64,000 bases of DNA from Caecitellus pseudoparvulus (lineage: Eukaryota > Protista > Bigyra: Bicosoecida): assembly GCA_965644315.1 (NCBI GenBank), contig CBFFRQ010000019.1:124001-188000 (forward strand). The letters are read 5' to 3'. Positions 21,801-30,800 of the stretch are shown here, one piece after another; within the stretch, counting starts at the first letter, position 1, and the number at the start of each line of letters is the position of its first letter. A model generated the notes under the pieces. It was not told the origin of the DNA and ran no database searches. It saw only the letters and a list, made by a program, of their open reading frames with translations. A program made the translations under genes and the position numbers.

Positions 21801-24800
21801 CGCTATCGTACTCCACGTTTGCATCCCCCAGGCGGATGTACTCGGTGCCACCCACCTTGAAGACCTGCCGAAGCAGGATTGGCTCCAGCGCAGGGTCCAA
21901 CTCCTCCCCTACGTTCTCCAGACACACTGGCAGACCAAGTTGAATCGCATTTTCGAGAGTGCGCAGGAACCCACTGTCAGTCAGCTTCACAACCCGCAAG
22001 CTCCGCCCTCTCTCCATGTTCTTGACCCACTTGTTTGCTTGCCCTTGTGGGTCAATGAGAAGGGGCCAACGCCTTGCGTTGGCTACGATGACCGCGTTGT
22101 CCGCAGAAAAGGAGTCAGTGGGAAGTCCTTGAAGCTGCCAGTCCCTGATGGTGATGGCATCCCCGAGCACTGAAGAAAGGCTAAACTCCTCGATCCCGGG
22201 CCCCGTCCCGTCGTCCTCTGGGTAGACAAACTCTGTTGCGCCTTGAGGCAGCACCCCGGGGGTCGCAGACACGCTCAAACCTGCATCAGAAACGTGAGAC
22301 ACCCAACCAAGCACCACTTGGCGCCTGAACTCTATGTTGAACGCGCCCAGGTAGGAGATAATACCAGACGAAACCAGCACGTCCCCCGTGAGCGCATCGT
22401 AGGAGCGCTGTAAATCAGACGCTGCATCGGTCCACCGTGCTTTCTCGCCTCCCAGGCCACTGATCAGCTGCTCCGCTCGAAGCAGCTTCAGCTTTGTCAG
22501 CTCCACCTCCCGCTCCAGGTCGGCCTTCCTTGTATCTGCGGCTTCGAAGGCGCCCTGGAGCTCCGCCAGGTCAGCTTCCACCGCAGCAAGCCGGGCCTGC
22601 TGTTTCTCAAGGGCAGCCATCTTCACGGACAGCTGGGCTTCAGCTTCCGCCAAAGCTGCTCGCTTCGGCGCCACGACTTTGGCAACGCGATCGTACTTGT
22701 CCATGGCATGGCACCAGGAGGCAAGCCCAGCAGCTGCCTCAGAGGCACTCTTGACGATGGCCGGGTCGAAGTCTGGATTCGGGATGTACTTGCTGCGCAG
22801 CGTGGACATGATGGCGGGTGGGATGGAGTCCTTGTCATAGTCCCGCAAACGTGACATGAAGGACTTGACGTCACCAAGCAATCGCTTTGCTGGGGCCCAG
22901 TAGTCATCGACCTTCTTGGTGCCTCCCTCTGGGTCCTTGATCCGGTCTGGCTTCTCAGCGAGCATGACACACACTGCCTCCAGGGCGAGTTTCACCTTGC
23001 CTGGCGGCTTCTGGTAGGCACGGATAGTGTCGAAGTCCTTCTTCGTGAGAGTGTTCAAAGCAGCCAAAGCAGACTCCAGGACAGGGATGGCTTCGGCCAA
23101 GTCAGCTTCGCACTCGTCCTTCTGACCTTGGACGATGGCAGCGTCAGCGTTTGCAGCCTCTGCCTCCTTGTTCACCACTGCGCGCGTCTCTTCCACGCCG
23201 GGCAGTTTGGCTTCGATGTCCACCATTATGGCGGCTGTGTCTGCTTGGCTTTGCACAAGGGTTGGCTGGAGAGCCTCCAATTGCGTGCGCAGCTCGTTCA
23301 CAGACTGAGTCGCAACTTCAAGCTGCGTGAGGCCAGCCAGGTACCTGTCTCTAGCCTTGGCCACCTTCGCTTGCGTGGCTCCCAGGCTCTTGACAAACTG
23401 AGACAGAAGCTCCATGTAGCTCGTCGGGGTCACGTACACGTACCGCTTCAGCTCCTCACCGAAGCGCTCCGATGCCGCGCGTGCAGAGCGGTGAAACGTC
23501 TGACACAGCTGCGTCAAGGTCAGCAGCAAAGCTGACTTGCGTGATTGCTCCGTCACATCGCAATCTTCAGCCGCCTGCACAATGGACAAGTCCTTGAGGT
23601 GCTTCACGGCGACTGCAGACAGCGCATCTTCAGGCCATGCCGTAAACCAATCAACCGTGCAGCAGTTGACAAGGGACGGGAACTTCCGCAAGCGCTCCCG
23701 AAACGCCGAACCAATGGGGGACATGGCAAGGACAACATGCAGCTGCATCTTGCAACGGGACACAAACAGAGCCCACAGTTCCCCTGGTGCAAGGTCTCTC
23801 CCCATTCCCGCTTGCCGTGCTATAGCTGCAGTTTTCTCCAAGATTTCAGGGCGATCTTCTGCGCCAAACAAGTTTGGTACCTCCCCAGCGTTCAAAATGT
23901 TGGACAGGTCTTCAACCATGCCGGGCCATTTTATTTGAGTGTCCGAGAAGAAGAACACAACGTCGCCTTGCCCCGTGCCAGCTTCCATGAGCACCCGCTT
24001 CAAATCATCCCGCCACTCTTCTTCAGAGTAGCTCTTGGTGAGCTCCACCACCTCTAGGCGGGCACTCGCCATGCTGCAAGCAAGGCGCGCTGCGCACTGC
24101 CGACCGCTTCCCCCCACTCCCACCAATAAAGCATGGCCACCCGGCATGGCCAACACTCGAGCGACCCTTGACACGTGCTCAATGAAGAACAAAAACATGA
24201 CGAGGTCCATCTTGCTTTTCGAAGTCGCGTTGTACTCAGTCAGGCATTCCTCCAGCCCAGCCACAAGCTCAGTGGCGTCACTAGCTTCACCGTACTCGCC
24301 CTTGGCAGTTGCATACTGTCCCCACAGAAGCAACCTGAGGTCCTCAGCATTCAGCTGCTCGGTTTCGGTCTGGTGGGCATCTTGCTGGGAGCTGGCCGCC
24401 AGGGCGACCTTCATGTCCCCAAAATGTGGAGTGATGCTGCCGAGCCTGTGACCGAACGCCTCCCTCACAACGCTGTTCACTTCGGTAGCAAACCAAGCTC
24501 GATCTGCCCCGTCGACGAGGCGATCGCCAAACACGCGGCAAGCTTCATGAGTCCACAGGCGAGCCAGGGCTTTCGAGTCTGGCACGGTTCGTGGGGTGGC
24601 CATGGCCACACCCTGCACAACTCGCGAAAAGTCACGCAGGTTAAAGGTGTAGTGGCTCTTCGCAGGCGTTGGTCGCAATGTTTTCACTGCATGGGAGAAG
24701 ACAGTCTTCGTCGCCGATACGACTGCGGACACGAGCCCAGCCACCTCTGCAGACCAGCCAGGCGTCGCGAAGTGCCAGCCGAGAATCGTGGAGAAGATGT

Positions 24801-27800
24801 CAGCCAGTGTTGAATCATCAAAGTCTGGCCATGCCAAGATATTAAAGTGCCGTGTGACACGTGGTGAGATGTGGTTACGTCCCCCGTCAGGGGGAGCCAT
24901 GGCAGCAAGCAGCATGGTGTCTTCAAATTGCCGAAAACTCAGCTCAACCATGTCGTACCACCCGCCCTGATCGACAAGCTGTCGAAGTAGCTCGAGGGGG
25001 GGCTGGGCACCATACACTTCTGGTTCTGGTAGATTCAGGTCGTCAACAAAGACTGTGGCAGTAACACCCGGCCGAGGTCCATACACGCCTTTACGGCGAC
25101 GCTCTGCCTTCTCGTCAACAATGGCTTGAGTTGCCGCGGCCGAAGTGCGTGCTGAGAACGACACAAATACGGGCTGGTAAGCGTCAGCAGGCAACCCCTT
25201 CAGCAGCAGCCGCCGCATGTAGGCAGACTTCCCGGTGCCTGTGGGACCGACTACCAGCGCCTGCTTCCTGTGGGTTACAAGCAGTGACACCATGTGCTCA
25301 AATTGCACACTTGCCTTGGTGGGCACGATGATGTCAGCAAAAGCTGCATCTGGGGCAATGTCATACTCTGGCAGTGCTGCGCTCCAAGAGCGCCACTTGT
25401 GGCTCCCCAGGTCGTACCAGCTGTCATACAGCGGGCAGGCACTTGGCCAAGCACCCTCCAGGCTCCCATGCTCAACACCAGCAGCCCCACGGGACCAACC
25501 ACGTAGTTGGATGAAGGTGAACAGTGGGTGCGCTTCAACAGACCCGGGGTCAGAAACAATCTGGGTCACGAATGCTTCCACCTTCTCCCGCGCAGAGCTC
25601 CTCACAGAGCTTGCCATGCCCCAAACCATGGAGAAGAGCACCAGCGCCTCCCAATCCCTGGGTTCCAGTCGCTCCTGGGCGCTCACTTCCATTCCGCCGA
25701 CGGTATACACCCCTGCTGTTGCACTGGGTGCCTTTCCCTTCCCCTGCGCTGCGCGGCTCTTGCTCAGGGCGCTTTCGTTCAACGCCAGCAAGCACTCCAA
25801 CACCGCGAGCACTGAAGAAACAAGGGACATATCCTGGGTGGGAACGTACTCCTGGATGTCTGCTTTTCGAAGGAATGTCAGCAAGGGATCAACTAGAAGC
25901 TCCAACACTCGCTGAATGGTGCATGCATCGTCGGTGTGCAGTGTGAATGGCCGGGAGTCCTCCAGCAGCCCTGGCTCATGAGTGCCAGCCAGCGCCGCTT
26001 GACCTTCGCGCTCCACAGCTGCTGCATCCCACTTCCGCGCTGCCTTGAACGGGAACGATGGGTTGTCTTCTGCAAAGTGCTGCAGCCATGAGCTCAGGAG
26101 AGGCCTCCACCCTACAGACACGGGCTCGAGGTACACCATGCCACATCGCGACACGGTAGCCGGGGATGCAGACGCAAGGTCTTTCGTCTCAAACACCATG
26201 GACATCGTGTCTGACATGGCAACGATCTCCCCGCTCATGAGGCACAGCTTTTTATTGTCATCCAGCACCGTGTTCATGTTCTCGATCCAAATGGCATCTA
26301 CAGGCCCGTCAAAAAGCACCCACGTGCGATCGCCAGCCGCCCCAATCTTCCCTTCTGCACACTGCCGGAAATGGCGAGACAAGACACCATCTCGCCACTC
26401 TTGGGTCACTTCGTCGTTTTCTCCGTATAGCTGCCCCATAGTGACAGCCTTGGGGAACAGAACCACTGGGACGATGCGCTGCCACCCTTCGTCGGGCTGG
26501 CGCTGGCTCAGCAGCTCCATGGCGCGCGACAACACCTTCACGCCCGTGCTCTTGCCAGACCAAGGCATGCCCACAAGCATAAAGCCGTGCCTGACAATCA
26601 TCATCTCGTACACTTGCAGCACCTTCTCCAGCAAGTAGGCGTGCGGCTGTAGCCCCATGCCCCTGCACGCGTCAACGATTGCCTGCGTCAAGGCCTGCCT
26701 GTCAGGAGGCGTGACTTCGACACTTGGAAACAGATCTGACACGATTCCGTTGAAAAGCGGAATATCGTGGGCCAGGAACTTCGGCAGATTCACGTCAACA
26801 ATTGAACGCAGCACAAGCTCAGCTTCAGGAAGGTGTCCCTCCACTCGCTTCAGATTGGCTGCCGCCCGCAGCACAGCCATGACTGCTCGCATCCCGTAGT
26901 CGTAGTGATCCTGTGAGGACAGCTGCTCAGAGCAAAGCTTGTAAGTGGTGACAATCTTCCGCGCCATTGGCTCGGCTTCCAAGTAGCCGTTGGAGTACAA
27001 GATGATGGTGGCGATCATGGCGTAGTCAGGCACCATCATCGCCACGGAGCGGAATAGGGCCTTGAGGTTGTCTGGCAGCTCCGCACGGCCAGCGTACCCT
27101 GGGTTCATGGTGATAAAACAGTTTGCAGTCCTCGTCAGCTTAAGCTCTGTGCCTTCAAACACGAACATGTCCTTTCCCGCACGCTTGGCCAGCTGAATGG
27201 TGAGAATCTGCTGCGCAATGACAGACAGCACTTCCAACTGAATGCGGTTGAACTCGTCAAAGCATGCCCATGCGCCAGATGCGGCGAGTCCTTTGAAGAA
27301 CTTCGCCATTGCCGCTGCGTCCAGCTGATCTGAACAGTTGTACACTACGCACATCATCCCCGCAGACTTGGCGAGATCTTTCACAGTCTCCGTCTTGCCT
27401 GTGCCTGCAGGGCCCTCTGGTGCGCCGCCAAGATCAAGGTACAGCGCCCCGATCAGGGTTCGATAGCACCGGTCAGTAAGGGGTGTGATGACCAGCCGCC
27501 CCGCAGCTCCCAAGTACTCCCCAGCATACTTCATCTCAGCGTTGATCATGCGCATGCACATGGAGTGCGGGCGGCCAGTCTTTGCGCTCACTCCATCGTC
27601 TGCCCAATAGTACCTTAGTTGAGAGTTCCACTCAAAGTCATAAGGTGACGAGACGCCTTTCTCAGCCAAGGCCACGGTGACATCCCGGGAGTGTACGTCA
27701 AGCACCATCAATGTGGAGAGCACCTTGCGCTGCAGCTTCTCCAGCTTTCCCCGCACCAACATGATAATGTCTTGAAGCTGCTCCGTGCACTGCCGGGCAT

Positions 27801-30800
27801 ACTCTTTCACCTTGGCTGCCCCACCAGCGTGAATGGCAGCTTCAACTTCTTGGGTCCACCACATTTGGCTGGCACCCAGCACTGACTGTGCAGACCAAGA
27901 GATGGCCCATGAGGACCGCCTATCAGCGGTCTTGTATGCTTTGATCGCATCGTCCATGCACCGCGCCACCGAGCGCCGCATGGCTTCTTCAACTTGAAGG
28001 AGCCACACCTCCACTGCACCACCTGCAGCTTGAGGGTTGATGAAGCCCCCCCCCAGCTGAGGTGACAAGGCGACCACCTCCCCTTCGGGTGACTCCATGC
28101 CGAGGATGTCCAGGTTATCCGCAAAGTCCAAAGCTGCAATTCCTTCGAAGCACTTTTTCATGTGGCGCTGGACGCGGAGCGGGTCCTTCGTCTCGGCGAG
28201 AATCTCCAGCAGCTCGTCATTTGACAGAAAGAAGAATCGCGGGAAGAAGAGGCGCTTGGTCTCCAGATAAGCATTCAACCCCTTTGAAATCGCATCCAGC
28301 AGCGCATTGGCCTCTTGCAATTTCTCAAGGAGACCTGCTTGTTCCATGACGTGCAAGGCACGCGGATCTGCCACTGCGCCTTTCATGGTGGTCCGCCACG
28401 TAGCGTTGACGGTTGCAAAGTGCTCTGCTTCTGAGGGCATTTGCCGCATGATGTCATCTGATGAGAAGATGGGCTCGAGGTAGAGCCACGAGCTCTGCAC
28501 TTTGAGCCACTCGTCCAGGACCGCCTGCACTCTGTTCAGCGAAGATATCCACTTCTTGATGCGCGCTTCCAGAGGCCTTGCAAAGCGCGAAGCCTGCATC
28601 GTCGTCGCCTTAATGATGTGGTCGTCCAGCAGCAGCTGCAGCTCATCTGCTGTCGCGGAGCTTAGAATGTACGTCCCAGTGTCTTTGTGGGGCTTGAGAT
28701 CAAGTTTTACCGGGACCCAGTCATCCATCATGCGCTCCAAGGCACGCTCGAGGTTGTGTTCCTTGCTGGCATTCACGCACGTCTCTTCGATGGCACCCAC
28801 GTGGGAGTCGAGGCCTAGCCGCAGGAAAGCCTCCAGGGGCGACGCAGAATCACGCGGAAGCGTCATTCCCACAATAGCTTCCATGTCGTCCCAGTGACGA
28901 GGCTTCAGCCCAGGGTTTGCAAGGAGCGCCATCAAAGGAGCGTGCCTCGTCAGAAACACCTCCACTTCGCCACGCATTTTTCGAGCAACAGCGATGGGAC
29001 CCTCCGCGTCCTCGGGGAGCTCCTTCGCAACGCGGATGGCTGCCAGCTTCAGAGCCTCAGCGGTGCGCTCAGCGGCACTTGTGTCAATGTCTGACAAAGA
29101 TTTGCTGTACCACACTTGGCGAGCGTCCAAATACTCAGAGACAGACTTCCAGAGCCGCTCAAATGGACCCAGGGCGTCAGACAACTCTCTGATACGCGTG
29201 GGGTACTCGACGACTGGAAGCTGGAGGCGCTCCTGCTGCACCGCGAGGTTCGCAGCCTCATCCATGGCCACGTGCAGAGCCTTGCCAAGGTCAGCGATGC
29301 GGCTGTTGAGCTCTACAACATGGATCATGCTTCCTTCGGCTGACAGCCTGTCTACTTGAGCCGCAGCAGATTCCAACCGACGCTCAAACTCAGCTGCTTG
29401 GCCGGCTACCTGCGCAACGAGACCCTCTTTTTCTTTATCCAGAGTCAATCGGCATGCTTCCAGGTCTTCTTTCACTTGTTCAGGCCATGAGAGCAGATCT
29501 CGCACAGCCAAGGCCTCTGAATGAGCGAAAACAATGCTTGGAATGTGAGGCAGTGCCTTCACCCCTCCCCTGCGGCGGCCTCTGCTTGCTTGTCGGTTGG
29601 CCGCACCCGTGCGATCCTCAGAAGCTGAAGATGCCGGTAGGCCGGCAGCAGCACCCATGGCCGCTCCTGCTCCAGGCGTGCTGCGTCGAAGCTCACGCAC
29701 AAGGCCTTCGGAATGGAGAAAGCGCAAACATGCGCTGACGCCGTTAGCAGAGTAGGTGGCTTTCTGCATCACCGCCAAGTCATCAAATACACGTGCGGCA
29801 AACTCTGACAGGCGAACGAGCTCACCAGAATCTGTAGGCTGCGTCAGGAGGGTGGACGACAGAAACGCGTAGCGGGCATTCATGGCTTGAATGGCAGCCA
29901 AAGCATTGGTCTTGATCTGGTGGAGCAGCGAAGTGGAAAGCAGCCGCACACGAGCCACCAGGACTTCCTTGGCTTGCACAGTTGACAAAGAGAAAAATCC
30001 AAAGTCCACAATGTCTCCACAGAGCCCTTCAATGTCCGCAATCGTCGCGTCCAGCTCTTGGATGGCCTCTTGCACGAGCTTGAGCGCTGAGCGCGGGTCC
30101 GCCTGTGCAATGGCTAGGAGCTCAGCTTGCTTTGTTTGCTCAAACAGCCCTCGAAACTTGTCGAAACGGCTCCGAAGAGACCTTGGGCCGACCATGTGAG
30201 CATGCACCACTCGTTTGATTTGCTCCTTGACCGCCAGCACACGCTCATCGTCTGTTGCCACAGCAGACAGTGTGCGAGACGAATGTGGCCCTGACGGGGA
30301 AGTTGCCACGTCATCATCTTCACCATCAGAGCCATCTCCCTCGATCTCCACCTCCGGGCGTGGAATTCCTTGGGCAGCAGCCAGCAGGTGCGAAAGTGTG
30401 CCTTGCAAAGTGTCCACGACAGTCTCTGGTGACGGAGAAAACACGATGCTGACGCTGCCGACCCAAAGGCTTTGGACTGCACGCCCCAACACTGGTTTGC
30501 CGGTAATGTCAACATCTTCAATCGAGTCAGCGCTGATGTTCAATTCCTCGAGATTGCGGGAACGCTCGGAAGGAGGTGCACCTGTCGCGGCGTCGCGGCC
30601 CAAGTCAACCTCTAAACTAAGTCGGAGGCATGGCAGCACGCGTGCCTGCGTGCGACTTGCAAAAGCAGCAGCAGGCTGGCCACCCTCACCGCACACAATG
30701 GCTTCGTCGGTTTCATACCGTGACAAAAGCTGCTCAAACTCCGCAATCCCTGACATGACCAACTCGTGCAGCTGCTTGGACAGCAAAGTTGCACCAGATG